DNA of 64,000 bases from Fonticella tunisiensis (GTDB lineage Bacteria; Bacillota; Clostridia; Clostridiales; Caloramatoraceae). The notes under the pieces are model-generated. The model had not been told where the DNA came from. It was given only the letters and a program-made list of their open reading frames with translations, and ran no database searches. The stretch is from the NCBI RefSeq assembly GCF_004364155.1, contig NZ_SOAZ01000007.1, positions 65,167 through 129,166 on the forward strand, written 5' to 3'. This document shows positions 38,400-49,834 of the stretch, piece after piece. Within the stretch, counting starts at the first letter, position 1. Every line of letters begins with the position of its first letter. Position numbers and translations under genes: made by a program.

Positions 38400-38625
38400 T
38401 CACCTCCGAATAAAAAATAGCCCTGAAGTCTTAGCTTCAGGGCTATTTTTGTACAAGATATTATTCTGCTGTATAAATATAAAAAACATACAATTTCTCG
38501 TACACCTTCTTCCATCCAGACTTTAACTGTCGGCCCCGGAGTTTCACCGGATCATGCCTTTCGGCTCGCGGGCTTTACCGCCGGTGGGGACTTACACCCC
38601 GCCCTGAAGGTAATATTAATTTTTA
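38400..38625 (-). ncRNA. FMN riboswitch (RFN element) with terminator expression platform
   Basis: Minus strand reads GGGCGGGGTGTAAGTCCCCACCGGCGGTAAAGCCCGCGAGCC...CCGGTGAAACTCCGGGGCCGACAGTTAAAGTCTGGATGGAAGAAGG. Followed by the terminator hairpin agccctgaagctaagacttcagggct plus a U-run (38412-38447). Confidence 0.9.
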
Positions 38626-38650
38626 TAATTAAAGCCTATCACCATCAGCA

Positions 38651-40288
38651 TTAATTGTCAATATATTGACCAGTTTTTTCTCTTTTCTTAATCAAATCCA
38701 TCATGTGTTTTGGAATAAACTTTCTAAGCCTTTCAGGCAGTATATTCAAATCTTCACTTGTAATGCCTTTCATAAAAATCAGCGAAACAAAATATACATA
38801 TTCTCCTAAAACAATACAAATCAATGCAGGCACAGCATATGAAATATATCCACTGCTAATGAAACTTATAACATAATGGAGTACAGTATAAATGCCATAT
38901 ATACCAATTCCCATTATGCCAGATGCTATTGCTGGCCTAACGGCGTAAACAAATACGTTTGTTTTATTGTTTATAGTCTTAACAAGTATTATATTCCCAA
39001 GCACCAGAGGTATGAGATAGTATATCGTATTTCCAATTATGGCACCAAGGATGTTTATATCTGGTATCGCAACGACAAAATAGTTAGTTATTATTTTCCC
39101 TGCAATTCCTATTATAAGAAAGGAAGAAACCAGATAAAGTCTTCCAAGCCCCTGAAGTATTGTGCTGAATACCTGAACGGCTGACATAAGCACCAGGACA
39201 TAAGCCCCATAAAGCATTACATAGGATCCACCGCCAAACTTCATAAGCCTGTAAATGGGGTAGCTTAGAATGCTCAGCCCAACTGCAGAGGGAATTGATA
39301 TTAAAAAGCAGGTTTTAAACGCCATTTCTATTTTATCTATGACCTCATCCCTATCGTTTCTTGCAGCAGCTGCTGCAATTGCAGGAAGAATTGCCACAGA
39401 TAGGGAAGTAATTATTGCATTCGGAATTCCTATAAGCTGATTATATTTGGTTAGAAAACCAAATAGCTTTGTGGCCTCTGATTCTAAAAAACCTGCATGC
39501 AGAAGCCTTGCTTTCGTGTTGCTGAGGTCTATTATATTTCCTAGATTGTACATAAGCGTATATGCTGACAGGGGTATGCTGCAATTTAATATCCTCTTAA
39601 ATAATTGCTTATTTGAATATCTCTTAACCGATGGGTCATGCATTCTTACAATTTTTGACTCTTTATTCTTTCTATATAAATGTACAAGAAATAAAGATGT
39701 AAAAAGGGCTGCTATGGAAGTTGCAAAGGCTCCTCCCCCGACTGCTGCTTCCAAACTGTGCCTTATAAATGCATAGGCCAGAATCAGAGTAAATACTATA
39801 TTTATAACCTGCTCAATTACCTGCGAAACAGCTGTGGGAGCCATATTGCCCCTTCCCTGAAAATATCCCCTATATGATGTATTTATTGTGGAGAAAAATA
39901 TCGTTGGAGCCAGTGCCAGCACCCCTAAATATGACCTTGGGTAATGCACTGCAGCTGCAATGGATTTTGCAAATATGAAAAACAAAACTGAAACTATAAA
40001 ACCCAGACATATCAGCAGCGCTCTGGACATTTTAAATACCTTTACAGCATCCTTATAGTTTCCAACTGCCGTAAGCTCCGATACAAGTTTTGAAATGGAC
40101 TGGGGAAGCCCTGAGTTTGTCACTGCATAAATTACAACAAATATCTGGTAGGAAGCAGCATAAACTCCATAGCCTTCATCCCCTAATATTGCAACTAGCA
40201 CAGGTAAATATAAAAGGGACAACACCTTTACAATTAGTACTGCTACGGATAAATATGCAAAACCACCTATTGTTGATTGCTTCTTCAT
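38651..40288 (-). CDS. MOP-superfamily polysaccharide/lipid-II flippase (SpoVB/MurJ/Wzx-like)
   Basis: About 545 aa with roughly 14 TM segments. N-terminal MKKQSTIGGFAYLSVAV typical of the family. Confidence 0.65.
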   Translation of the reverse strand: MKKQSTIGGFAYLSVAVLIVKVLSLLYLPVLVAILGDEGYGVYAASYQIFVVIYAVTNSGLPQSISKLVSELTAVGNYKDAVKVFKMSRALLICLGFIVSVLFFIFAKSIAAAVHYPRSYLGVLALAPTIFFSTINTSYRGYFQGRGNMAPTAVSQVIEQVINIVFTLILAYAFIRHSLEAAVGGGAFATSIAALFTSLFLVHLYRKNKESKIVRMHDPSVKRYSNKQLFKRILNCSIPLSAYTLMYNLGNIIDLSNTKARLLHAGFLESEATKLFGFLTKYNQLIGIPNAIITSLSVAILPAIAAAAARNDRDEVIDKIEMAFKTCFLISIPSAVGLSILSYPIYRLMKFGGGSYVMLYGAYVLVLMSAVQVFSTILQGLGRLYLVSSFLIIGIAGKIITNYFVVAIPDINILGAIIGNTIYYLIPLVLGNIILVKTINNKTNVFVYAVRPAIASGIMGIGIYGIYTVLHYVISFISSGYISYAVPALICIVLGEYVYFVSLIFMKGITSEDLNILPERLRKFIPKHMMDLIKKREKTGQYIDN

Positions 40289-40452
40289 ATGAAACTCCTC
40301 GTTTTTCCTTAATTCATTGGTATCCACTATATTTTATCATTCGCTTCAATTATTATCAATAAAATGAAAATTCATCTTAACCTCCACATTGCTTTATGTC
40401 ATTTTTCAATTTCTTGAATATTATATCTTAGAGAAATGACAGGAGGTTTAAT

Positions 40453-41739
40453 ATGATATTTCAAGAAGTAAGCTGGATAAGAATCAACAGCCAAAAATTT
40501 TGCCCTGCCTTAAGGAAGATCGCCCTTGAATGGTATCGATCCTTCAGGCATGTTCCATGTTTTATGCAAAACTTCTTTAAGTGGTTAAAACAGCGTTATA
40601 AAAAATATAATGTTATCGTTCAAGTCGAAAAAAATCATGCCAGTGCCTTTTCAATTATGTCCCTGGCGTCATCAACAGGATGCAGGATAGAAAAGGAGCT
40701 TCCTTTGATAAACTCCTTCCGTACCAGAGTTAATGCAAAAAAACTTAGAAAACTCGCTGAAAATAGAGGTGTAAAAAAGATATGGCTTGATGGTGAAGTA
40801 CACGCTGTACTTGATACGGCCTCAAGCGTTATAAAGTCTTCCACACTATGGAAAAGCGGCATTACAGGAAAGGGTATTACGGTAGCAGTACTTGATTCAG
40901 GAGTCTATAATCATCCAGATCTTAAGGGCAGAATAATTGGCTTTGTAGACTTTATAAAAAATAAAAAAACTGCATACGATGACAATGGCCACGGAACCCA
41001 TGTTGCAGGCAATATAGCCTCAAGCGGAAAAAGTTCAAACTATAAATATCGCGGGACTGCACCTGAGGCAAATATAGTTGGGGTTAAGATACTAAATAAA
41101 GAGGGATCTGGCAGCTTTTCAACTGTTATTGAGGGAATTCAGTGGTGCATAGACAATAAGGATCTTTTAAATATAAGGGTTATGAATTTGTCCCTGGGAA
41201 GCCCCCCAATGCAGTCTTATAAGGATGACCCTGTATGCCAGGCAGTTGAAAGTGCGTGGAAAGCAGGGATAGTGGTATGCGCTGCAGCAGGAAACAGCGG
41301 CCCCGAGCCAAACACTATAAACTCCCCTGGAATAGACCCATTAATAATTACTGTGGGAGCATTAAACGACAACAATACAATACCGGCCTTTGACGACGTA
41401 ATAGCCGATTTTTCAAGCCGTGGCCCCACAATAGATAACCTTCAGAAACCTGATATTGTAGCACCTGGAGTTGATATTATATCCCTTAGAGTACCCGGCT
41501 CACTCATTGATAAACAGAATAAGAGTGCAAGAGTTGGAAATCTCTACACTTCTCTGTCCGGGACATCAATGGCAACACCAATATGTACCGGAGTTGTATG
41601 TCAGATGCTTCAGGCAAATCCATCCCTTACCCCCGGTGAGGTAAAGGAAAGGCTTATTAAAACCGCCATTCCTGTTTCAGGTGTAGACAAAAACTCCCAG
41701 GGTGCAGGAATCATAAACGCAGAAGAAGCGGTAAAATAG
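40453..41739 (+). CDS. Subtilisin-like serine peptidase (S8) with N-terminal I9-like propeptide
   Basis: Catalytic triad motifs VAVLDSGV, HGTHVAGN and GTSMATP. AGGAGG RBS. Confidence 0.8.
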   Translation: MIFQEVSWIRINSQKFCPALRKIALEWYRSFRHVPCFMQNFFKWLKQRYKKYNVIVQVEKNHASAFSIMSLASSTGCRIEKELPLINSFRTRVNAKKLRKLAENRGVKKIWLDGEVHAVLDTASSVIKSSTLWKSGITGKGITVAVLDSGVYNHPDLKGRIIGFVDFIKNKKTAYDDNGHGTHVAGNIASSGKSSNYKYRGTAPEANIVGVKILNKEGSGSFSTVIEGIQWCIDNKDLLNIRVMNLSLGSPPMQSYKDDPVCQAVESAWKAGIVVCAAAGNSGPEPNTINSPGIDPLIITVGALNDNNTIPAFDDVIADFSSRGPTIDNLQKPDIVAPGVDIISLRVPGSLIDKQNKSARVGNLYTSLSGTSMATPICTGVVCQMLQANPSLTPGEVKERLIKTAIPVSGVDKNSQGAGIINAEEAVK

Positions 41740-42163
41740 AAATAAGAATAGCCTGCATAGACATGGGCAGGTTATTCTTATTTCTCTGCTTCTATCCTTA
41801 CATCTTATTATATTATTTTTCCTCAAGTGTTCCAATTTTTTCATCAACAATCAAAACAATTAGCTCAGTATTCTCAGGCCTTTTATCCATTATGGTTGTA
41901 TTGCTGAATATATTCCAAGTGTCTCCATATTTCTCCTCCATCCCTGGAATGTTGCATTCTTTATAATAACATGCTTTCAAATTATACTTTCAAATTCCAT
42001 TTGAACTAAGAGTCTTTTTTATATATAATGATTTTATGTTCTTCTAAATTGTTCATGTATTTATAATATTTTTATTTAATTCCAATAAATTCGCATATCT
42101 TCAATCTGTACAAAAAACAATGTTTTAAAACTCTGCTTCACTATCTTTTACGGAGGGATGGTT

Positions 42164-43282
42164 ATGAAATCAAAGGTATATTTTTACAACATGAGGGCTT
42201 CCAAGGCTTCCCAGGCTATTCCCAAAAAGATTGCAAAGCTTTTCGATGTTGCTGGTTTTAAAAACATAATTAAAGAGAATGACCTTGTTGCAATTAAGGT
42301 TCATTTCGGAGAAAGAGGAAACACAGCTTTTATAAATCCCGTATATGTGCGTCAGGTCGTTGATAAGGTTAAAGCAAATGGAGGAAAGCCATTTTTAACC
42401 GACTCAAACACGCTGTATAAGGGAAGTCGTGCAAATGGAGTTGACCATTTGGTTACTGCAATTGAAAATGGGTTTGCCTATGCTGTTGTAAATGCTCCTA
42501 TTGTAATTTCCGATGGAATATACAGCAAAGATTCCATGGAGATTGAAATCAATAAAAAACACTTTAAATCAGTTAAGATATCTTCAAACGTAGTTCGTGC
42601 CGATTCTATGATCGTTATGTCTCACTTCAAAGGCCATGAAATAGCTGGCTTTGGAGGAGCTATTAAAAACCTTGCTATGGGATGTGCCCCTGCCGCAGGA
42701 AAACAGCAGCAGCATTCAACTGTTCAGCCAGTGGTTGGTGATCACTGCAGGGCCTGTCAGATGTGCCTTAAAAATTGCCCTGCTGACGCAATAACAATGG
42801 TAGACGGTTCAGCATATATAAATCCTGAAAAATGTATAGGCTGCGGTGAATGTATATCAATTTGTACCTACGATGTAATAAAGCCCCAATGGGGAACAGC
42901 TATGGACTCCTTCATTGAAAGAATGACGGAATACGCATACGGTGCATATTCATGCAAGAGGGATAAAATAGCATTTATAAACTTTGTTATAAACGTTACT
43001 CCTCTATGTGACTGCGTTCCATGGAGTGACGCCCCAATCGTACCTGATATAGGTATACTTGCATCCTTTGACCCCGTTGCAATAGACCAGGCAAGCTATG
43101 ACCTTGTGAACCAGCAGCTTGGCCATTCCCACAGTGCACTTGGTGACTGCGGACATGGCCTTAAGTCGGGGGAAGATAAATTTAAGGCCCTTCATCCGGA
43201 AACCAGAGGAGAAATGCAGCTTTCCTATGGAGAGGAGCTTGGCATGGGCTCAAGGGATTATGAATTAATTGAACTTAAGTAA
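42164..43282 (+). CDS. DUF362 domain protein with an embedded 4Fe-4S ferredoxin domain
   Basis: Two CxxCxxCxxxCP motifs (CRACQMCLKNCP and CIGCGECISIC) inside a DUF362-like fold. Start chosen for RBS spacing. Confidence 0.6.
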   Translation: MKSKVYFYNMRASKASQAIPKKIAKLFDVAGFKNIIKENDLVAIKVHFGERGNTAFINPVYVRQVVDKVKANGGKPFLTDSNTLYKGSRANGVDHLVTAIENGFAYAVVNAPIVISDGIYSKDSMEIEINKKHFKSVKISSNVVRADSMIVMSHFKGHEIAGFGGAIKNLAMGCAPAAGKQQQHSTVQPVVGDHCRACQMCLKNCPADAITMVDGSAYINPEKCIGCGECISICTYDVIKPQWGTAMDSFIERMTEYAYGAYSCKRDKIAFINFVINVTPLCDCVPWSDAPIVPDIGILASFDPVAIDQASYDLVNQQLGHSHSALGDCGHGLKSGEDKFKALHPETRGEMQLSYGEELGMGSRDYELIELK

Positions 43283-43285
43283 GAA

Positions 43286-43320
43286 AAAATCTCCGTGATT
43301 AAATCGCGGAGATTTTTTTC
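43286..43320 (+). terminator. Intrinsic terminator
   Basis: aaaaaatctccgtgattaaatcgcggagattttttt. Confidence 0.65.
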
Positions 43321-43454
43321 CTCCATTCATCATTCCGGCAAGGATATCGTTTATGTCAACCTTAGACATTCTTTATAATACTGGTCTTGTTTGAAAATTC
43401 CTCTCCAGAGGGATACAACGCAATATTCCTTGTCTTCATATTAATTCGCCACAA

Positions 43455-43552
43455 ATCAGCTAAGACGTTGAACCTTCACTCCCTGCATCAGATACGAAAA
43501 AGTTCTGTACACAAGCGTAGTTGTGAGAGCAATATATTTTTATCACAGCGTC
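43455..43552. repeat. MITE-like element, partial copy (right TIR end)
   Basis: acaagcgtagttgtgagagcaatatatttttatcacagcgtc. Confidence 0.6.
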
Positions 43553-43632
43553 TTTTGAAAATAAAACTAGCTCTGCATGAAACAAAATTCACCACAATAT
43601 TATGAAAACAGTTTCTAAATTAATCCGCTTTT

Positions 43633-43863
43633 CAGTTCAGGAACTAAGCGAAGATAAAAAATATATGAAATTCACATAAAACGGGCAATTAGAAGTTCTA
43701 GGCGAAGGGATGCAGAAAAATCCTAAAACTTTCGTGACTTAAGCAAGGCGAGTTTAACGAAAGTTCTTGATTTTTCAAATCCCGAGCCTTAGAACTTCTT
43801 TGCAAAGCGTGCTGGTGAATGAAATATATTTTTTATCGCAGCGTCGGCCTGTAAATTTATCTG
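43633..43863. repeat. MITE-like element, full copy (inverted relative to the 62938 copy, about 90% identical)
   Basis: Ends aagcgaagataaaaaatatat ... atatattttttatcgcagcgtcggcctgtaaatttatctg. Interior is the reverse complement of copy 62938-63142. Confidence 0.7.
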
Positions 43864-43906
43864 CTTTTATTCCAACGGGCTTTTCAGAGTAGCACAACGC
43901 GTTAAG

Positions 43907-44485
43907 TTAATTTACCGTTCCCCTAAGTCCGATCTCATCTGCTACCTTTTGCATTCCTTTTATGGTTTCCCCTATAACGTAATCGAGTTCAAGACCAAGC
44001 ATTGCTGCGCCCTCTTCGATTACTTCCCTCTTTACTCCTGCCGCAAAGCTCCTCTGCTTCCACTTCTTTTTAATGGATTTTACCTCAATATCCATGATGC
44101 TTTTGCTTGGTCTAACAAGAGCTGCAGCAGCAATAAGCCCAGTAAGCTCATCTATTGTATATAATACCTTCTCCATTCTCTCTACCGGTTCAACATCTGA
44201 ACAAAGCTTCCACCCGTGGCTGACTATGGCCCTTATGTACTCCTTTGGCCAGTTTTCCTCTTCGAGTATTTCCTTGGTCATCGTACAGTGTTTGTCGGGA
44301 TACATCTCATAATCAAGATCGTGCACAAGCCCAATAATTCCCCACTTCTCTACATCTTCGCCAAAAAGATTTGCAAAATGTCTCATAACTGCTTCAACAG
44401 CAACAGCGTGGCGTATGAGGCTTTCATCCTTATTATATTTTTTCAAAAGCTCAAAGGCCTCTTCCCTTGTAGGTATCTTTTGCAT
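43907..44485 (-). CDS. HD-domain metal-dependent phosphohydrolase
   Basis: 192 aa. H...HD motif (LVHDLDY). Confidence 0.6.
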   Translation of the reverse strand: MQKIPTREEAFELLKKYNKDESLIRHAVAVEAVMRHFANLFGEDVEKWGIIGLVHDLDYEMYPDKHCTMTKEILEEENWPKEYIRAIVSHGWKLCSDVEPVERMEKVLYTIDELTGLIAAAALVRPSKSIMDIEVKSIKKKWKQRSFAAGVKREVIEEGAAMLGLELDYVIGETIKGMQKVADEIGLRGTVN

Positions 44486-44744
44486 AAGCCATAACCCTCT
44501 TTCCTTAGTAAATTTTACTATATATGATAGTAATGGTAAAAGGGATTGTCAAGTTTTTTATTCCAGCCTGTTATTATGCATCCATCACTAATTCCTGAAT
44601 GCTCTTTGAGTTATAATTTAAACTAACATTAATATTATTTTAAAAAATTTATTTTAAAGGTAAAGACCTATCCTAAAGCTTCGATAATATTAAAGAGATG
44701 CATATATATATGTCGATACACGCAAAAACTAAGGGGGAAATTTT

Positions 44745-46487
44745 ATGAAATGGTTTAGAAACCTAAAAGTAAGGCAAAAACTTATACCATCTTTCTTTTT
44801 GGTCATATTGTTCTTACTATCTATCGGACTTGAAGGTATAATCAATATGCAGAGGATTAACTCTAACGGAAGGGTTATAGCTGACAGCTATCTCGCATCC
44901 CTTGAAAATATAACTAATATAAAACAAAATATTCTTGAAATGCGCGCAAACATTTCAGAGGCACTTAACAGCCAGAATAAGGATAATCTTAAAGAGTACG
45001 AAAATGCAATAAATGCCTTAAGCAAATCTAATGAGGATCATTTTACAGCATTTGAAGCTATACCATTTTCCTCAGAGGATGAAGAAAGGATTTACAAGGA
45101 TGAGTTTAAGCCCTATTATGATAAGTATAAATCTCTTCAAAAAAATATTATGGACGCAATAAAAAATGGAGACTATGCTACAGCCTATAGCCTTTATACT
45201 GGTGACTATAATTCTCTTAGAAAGAATGTTGAATATAATTTGACAAGAATAATAAACGTAATACTCGCAAATACAGAGGAGATTAAAAAGCAAAACGCCT
45301 CTATATTTAATTCATCACTTATAAATATGATTATAATTATTTCAATTGGAGCTATTTTGTCCATAGCCCTTGGAATAATTATATCAAACCTCCTTGCAAG
45401 GGAGGCCAAAAAGGTTTTGGCCTTTGCTGAGAGCCTTGAAAAAGGTGATCTTACTCAATCCATATCATCAAACTCCAGGGATGAGCTTGGAATAATTATT
45501 AATTCACTTAATATGGCTGCAGCAAATACCCGAAATCTTATATCTGAAATAAATATGAGTTCAAACGAGCTTGGTGCATCCAGCGAGGAGTTGTCCGCAT
45601 CGATTGAAGAGATTTCATCCCAGATGGCAGCTGTAAACGAATCCTCAAAGCAAATATCCCAGGGTGCTGAGGAATTGAGCTCATCTATACAGCAGATAAG
45701 CACTTCCATGGAGGAAGTAAGGGGAACTGCAAGTGATTTTGTTGAAAGTGCAAAGAGTACAATAGAGTATGTTGAAATGGTTATGAAAAACGCAAGGGAA
45801 GTAAAAAATAAGGGAACAGGATCCATGGAAAATTCAAAGAGAATCATGCAGGAACAAAGGGAAAATATATTAAAATCAATTGAAGAGGGTAAGGTTGTAG
45901 AGCAGATAAAGGTTATGGCTGAATCGATTGGAAACATAGCTTCACAAACAAACCTCCTTGCCCTAAATGCTGCAATAGAGGCTGCAAGGGCTGGAGAACA
46001 TGGAAGGGGCTTTGCAGTGGTTGCCGATGAGGTACGAAAGCTTGCGGAGCAGTCTGCACAAACTGTCTCCAGCATTCAGGAGGTTATACAAAGGGTTTAT
46101 GCAGCCTTTGTCCACCTTTCTCAAAGCGCTGAAAGCGTTATAAACTTCATGGAAACAAATGTAACAAACGACTATGAACTTCTCATACAAACAGCTGAGG
46201 CCTACGAAAGGGACTCTGAGTTTATGACATCATACTGGCATGAAATAGCAACTGCGTCCAAGTCAATGCTTGAATCCATTGACCAGATAAACATGGCTAT
46301 TCAAAACGTGTCAGCTACAACACAGCAGTCAGCTGCAAGCTCTGAGGAAATACTTTCAAGCATTACTGAAGTTTCTACTGCCATTGAAGAAGTATCGAAA
46401 TCTGCACAGAGTCAGGCTGAGCTTGCCGAAAAGCTGAACGGTTTGGTTCAAATATTTAAAATACAAAATAATCAAGAAGCTGAATAA
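44745..46487 (+). CDS. Methyl-accepting chemotaxis protein
   Basis: N-terminal TM, sensor and HAMP regions. Conserved signalling domain [31 protein letters not shown]. Confidence 0.85.
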   Translation: MKWFRNLKVRQKLIPSFFLVILFLLSIGLEGIINMQRINSNGRVIADSYLASLENITNIKQNILEMRANISEALNSQNKDNLKEYENAINALSKSNEDHFTAFEAIPFSSEDEERIYKDEFKPYYDKYKSLQKNIMDAIKNGDYATAYSLYTGDYNSLRKNVEYNLTRIINVILANTEEIKKQNASIFNSSLINMIIIISIGAILSIALGIIISNLLAREAKKVLAFAESLEKGDLTQSISSNSRDELGIIINSLNMAAANTRNLISEINMSSNELGASSEELSASIEEISSQMAAVNESSKQISQGAEELSSSIQQISTSMEEVRGTASDFVESAKSTIEYVEMVMKNAREVKNKGTGSMENSKRIMQEQRENILKSIEEGKVVEQIKVMAESIGNIASQTNLLALNAAIEAARAGEHGRGFAVVADEVRKLAEQSAQTVSSIQEVIQRVYAAFVHLSQSAESVINFMETNVTNDYELLIQTAEAYERDSEFMTSYWHEIATASKSMLESIDQINMAIQNVSATTQQSAASSEEILSSITEVSTAIEEVSKSAQSQAELAEKLNGLVQIFKIQNNQEAE

Positions 46488-46510
46488 TAATTTTATTCAG
46501 CTTCTTCACC
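46478..46510 (+). terminator. Intrinsic terminator after the MCP gene
   Basis: gaagctgaataataattttattcagcttc. Confidence 0.6.
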
Positions 46511-46803
46511 ATCTGCCTGGCATAAGCTATTCATTAGTTTTTATAGCATAATGAATTAAGATATTCGTTAGTCAGAGTTGTTAATAGGATATGACTTTTT
46601 GCTATAAGCCAATACCCTTTTCTGGTATTGGCTTATATTTTTTCTCCATCAAACCCCATTCCACAATTTTTATGATATACCTGCATAATCCACGAAAAGT
46701 AAAGATATATTTAAATAAATGGTAAATATTATAAAAATTATATTTTTCTTCTAAAATAGAAGATTGTAATTATCTCTACTATGTAATATCATTTTTATAT
46801 AGC

Positions 46804-46830
46804 ACAATGTAGTATTTTATACTACATTGT
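46804..46830. promoter_or_regulatory. Perfect 12-3-12 palindrome (candidate operator) about 105 bp upstream of the flotillin-like gene
   Basis: acaatgtagtat ttt atactacattgt. Confidence 0.4.
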
Positions 46831-46936
46831 ATAAAAGAGGCATGAAAGCAATATGATTTCGTGTTTCCATGGAATGGCTTAAGTTTACTCGTATCATTAA
46901 TAACAAAATTCAAATAAATTTATGGGAGGTTATTTT

Positions 46937-48979
46937 ATGTTAACGTCACTTGCGACCCTTGCAACTCCTATGCTCATCATACTTGGCGTAATTGTTCTTT
47001 TATGGCTTTTAGGCTTTAGGATAATCCCCAGCAACAAGATAGGCATTGTTGAAAAATGGTGGTCTCCAAAGGGTTCCTTAAATGAGCAGATAATAGCCTT
47101 AAATGGAGAAGCCGGCTACCAACCTGAAGTATTAAGAGGTGGTATTCACTTTAAAACTCCTCTAATGTATAAGGTTCATAAGGCTCCACTTGTTACTATA
47201 CCCCAGGGTCAAATAGCCTACGTATTTGCCCGAGACGGTAAACCCCTTGAGCCTACACAAACCCTGGGAAGGGTAATCCCTGAATGTAACAACTTCCAAA
47301 ATGTAAAAGCCTTTCTGGAAAAGGGTGGACAGAAAGGTCCTCAAAGAGGTATCATCCGTGAAGGAACCTACGCTTTTAACCTTGCACAGTTTATCATAAT
47401 AACTGAGGACAAAACCTACTATCTTCCTATGGGTTCCCACTCAGAGGAAGTTACCATTAATAAAATGGCAGCTCTTTTAAAGGATAGGAATGGATTTACC
47501 CCTATAGTAATTAAAGGTACTGATGACAAGGTCGGAATCGTTACAGTTCATGACGGTTTGTCCCTTAACAGGGATGACATTATAGCTCCAACCGTTGGTG
47601 ATAATCCAGAGGATCCTGATACCTACCACAACAACTTTCAGGACCCTGAAAAGTTCCTAAGGGCTGGCGGGTTTAGAGGAAGGCAGCATCAGGTACTAGT
47701 TGAAGGTACCTACTTTATTAACAGGCTTTTTGCTACGGTTGAGCTTATTGATAAGACTATTATTGATGTAGGTTACGTTGGAGTTGTTGTATCATATATA
47801 GGCCCCAAGGGTATTGATTCAACAGGTGATGAGTATAAGCATGGCGAACTTGTTGAAAATGGATATAGGGGCGTTTGGAGAACTCCCCTAATGCCAGGTA
47901 AATACGCCTTTAACACCTATGCGGGAAAGATTATAAAGGTTCCAACAACAAACATCATATTAAAATGGATAAGCAATCAGAGCGGAAATCATAGATACGA
48001 TGAAAACCTTAAAGAAGTAAGCCTGATCACCAAGGATGCCTTTGAGCCATCCCTCCCTCTTTCAGTAGTTATGCACATAGATTACAAAAAAGCTCCCCTT
48101 GTTATCCAAAGGTTTGGCGATATCAAGATGCTCGTTGACCAGACCCTTGATCCAATGGTGTCTGCTTACTTTAAAAATATAGGTCAAACTAAAACCCTTA
48201 TACAACTTATACAGGAACGAAATGAAATTCAAAATATTGCTTCAAGTGAAATGATGGAAAAGTTCAACCACTACAACCTTGAACTTGAGGAAGTACTAAT
48301 AGGAACACCTTCAGCCTCCGTAAATGATGATAAGATAGAGATTATTCTAAAGCAGCTAAGGGATAGACAGATAGCATTAGAACAAATTGAAACCTACTCT
48401 CAGCAGGAAAAGGCAGCTGCCAAGGAAAGGGAGCTTAGGGAAGCTGAATCAAAGGCCACACAGCAAAAATACCTTACAGAGTCTGAAATAAATATTCAGA
48501 TTCAAAGTAACCAGGGTAAGGCAGAATTCCAAAGGTCCCTCCAGGAAGCCTTAAAGATTAAGACCATTGCAGAAGCAGAAGCCGAAAAGGAAGCAAGGGT
48601 TGGTATTGGTAAAGCTATTGCAATTGAAGAGCAGGTTAGAGCTTACGGCGGCCCACAATATCAAGTTCTCCAGGATATAATGAATAAGTTTACCTCAGCC
48701 ATTGAAAGATCAAAGATAGACATAGTTCCAAAGACGGTTATATCAATGGGACAAGGAGCTTCCTCTGTAAACGCCTTTGAAATGCTTCTTAGTTTAATTA
48801 TTGGCGAAAAGCTTGGAGTTAAGATTGATGGCACAGGAGACAAGGTAGAAAATACAAGGGTTAAAGAGATTAAGGACCTCATATTAAAAAGCCTTGAACA
48901 AAACAATGAGAAGAAAGAAACTTCCGATGAAATAAGCGTTGAAACCATGAACCAGGTTGCTCCATCCAAGGAGAAGTAA
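46937..48979 (+). CDS. SPFH/Band-7 flotillin-like membrane protein (YqiK/FloT type) with long coiled-coil C-terminus
   Basis: N-terminal TM. Band-7 domain followed by an EA/EAEK-rich coiled coil. GGGAGG RBS before the ATG at 46937. Confidence 0.7.
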   Translation: MLTSLATLATPMLIILGVIVLLWLLGFRIIPSNKIGIVEKWWSPKGSLNEQIIALNGEAGYQPEVLRGGIHFKTPLMYKVHKAPLVTIPQGQIAYVFARDGKPLEPTQTLGRVIPECNNFQNVKAFLEKGGQKGPQRGIIREGTYAFNLAQFIIITEDKTYYLPMGSHSEEVTINKMAALLKDRNGFTPIVIKGTDDKVGIVTVHDGLSLNRDDIIAPTVGDNPEDPDTYHNNFQDPEKFLRAGGFRGRQHQVLVEGTYFINRLFATVELIDKTIIDVGYVGVVVSYIGPKGIDSTGDEYKHGELVENGYRGVWRTPLMPGKYAFNTYAGKIIKVPTTNIILKWISNQSGNHRYDENLKEVSLITKDAFEPSLPLSVVMHIDYKKAPLVIQRFGDIKMLVDQTLDPMVSAYFKNIGQTKTLIQLIQERNEIQNIASSEMMEKFNHYNLELEEVLIGTPSASVNDDKIEIILKQLRDRQIALEQIETYSQQEKAAAKERELREAESKATQQKYLTESEINIQIQSNQGKAEFQRSLQEALKIKTIAEAEAEKEARVGIGKAIAIEEQVRAYGGPQYQVLQDIMNKFTSAIERSKIDIVPKTVISMGQGASSVNAFEMLLSLIIGEKLGVKIDGTGDKVENTRVKEIKDLILKSLEQNNEKKETSDEISVETMNQVAPSKEK

Positions 48980-48981
48980 TA

Positions 48982-49022
48982 AAGAAGGCTGTCATTCAAA
49001 TATTTCAATGACAGCCTTCTTT
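48982..49022. terminator. Bidirectional terminator
   Basis: aagaaggctgtcattcaaatatttcaatgacagccttctt. Confidence 0.65.
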
Positions 49023-49029
49023 ATACATT

Positions 49030-49614
49030 TCATTCATTGGATTTAACAACATCCCTGTTCTTTAAAAAATAATCTATTCCTGAAATAATCGTTGCTATCA
49101 GCGCAGCATATATGGCAATAGGAGCTAATGTGCCTATGAAGTTATTGAAAATTTTTGCCTCTGAACTTGAAAAAACGCTTATAAAGGTATGATCAAGATT
49201 TAAAAGGGCTATGATTATTGCTGCAATCTGTGTTGTTGTTTTTAATTTTCCCCATTTACTTGCTGCGATAATTCTGCCATTTGCCATCGCTAAAACCCTT
49301 AAGCCCGTTACCGCAAATTCCCTTGCGATGATTATTATAACTATCCATGCAGGAAGCATTTTATACTCCACAAGGGATACAAGAGCAGCTGTTACAAGCA
49401 ACTTATCTGCAAGGGGATCCATGAACTTCCCAAAGTTTGTTATCTGATTCCTGCTTCTTGCTATATATCCATCAAGTTTATCCGTAGAAGCCGCTATTAT
49501 AAAAACAATAGTTGCTATCGGAACACCAAAGGATATTCCTTTTATGGATATAAAAATCAGAAAAACAGGTATTAAAAAAACCCTTGCTATGGTAATTTTA
49601 TTTGCCAGATTCAT
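49030..49614 (-). CDS. pgsA: CDP-diacylglycerol--glycerol-3-phosphate 3-phosphatidyltransferase
   Basis: 194 aa. CDP-alcohol phosphatidyltransferase motif DKLDGYIAR...G...D. Confidence 0.8.
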   Translation of the reverse strand: MNLANKITIARVFLIPVFLIFISIKGISFGVPIATIVFIIAASTDKLDGYIARSRNQITNFGKFMDPLADKLLVTAALVSLVEYKMLPAWIVIIIIAREFAVTGLRVLAMANGRIIAASKWGKLKTTTQIAAIIIALLNLDHTFISVFSSSEAKIFNNFIGTLAPIAIYAALIATIISGIDYFLKNRDVVKSNE

Positions 49615-49834
49615 TATGCACCACTCCTATCAAATTTTATATTTCGCAACCAGCAGATCAAATCCATCAATTTATATACAATATATTATATATTATAGAT
49701 ATAAAATAACTTAATTTCCAGTAATTAATATTTATGATAATACATTTATTTCCTATTCGATAATACATTACTATAAATATTTATTCCATTTTATTTTGCT
49801 CATTTATTATGTTATTATTTTTACTCGTTGTGCT

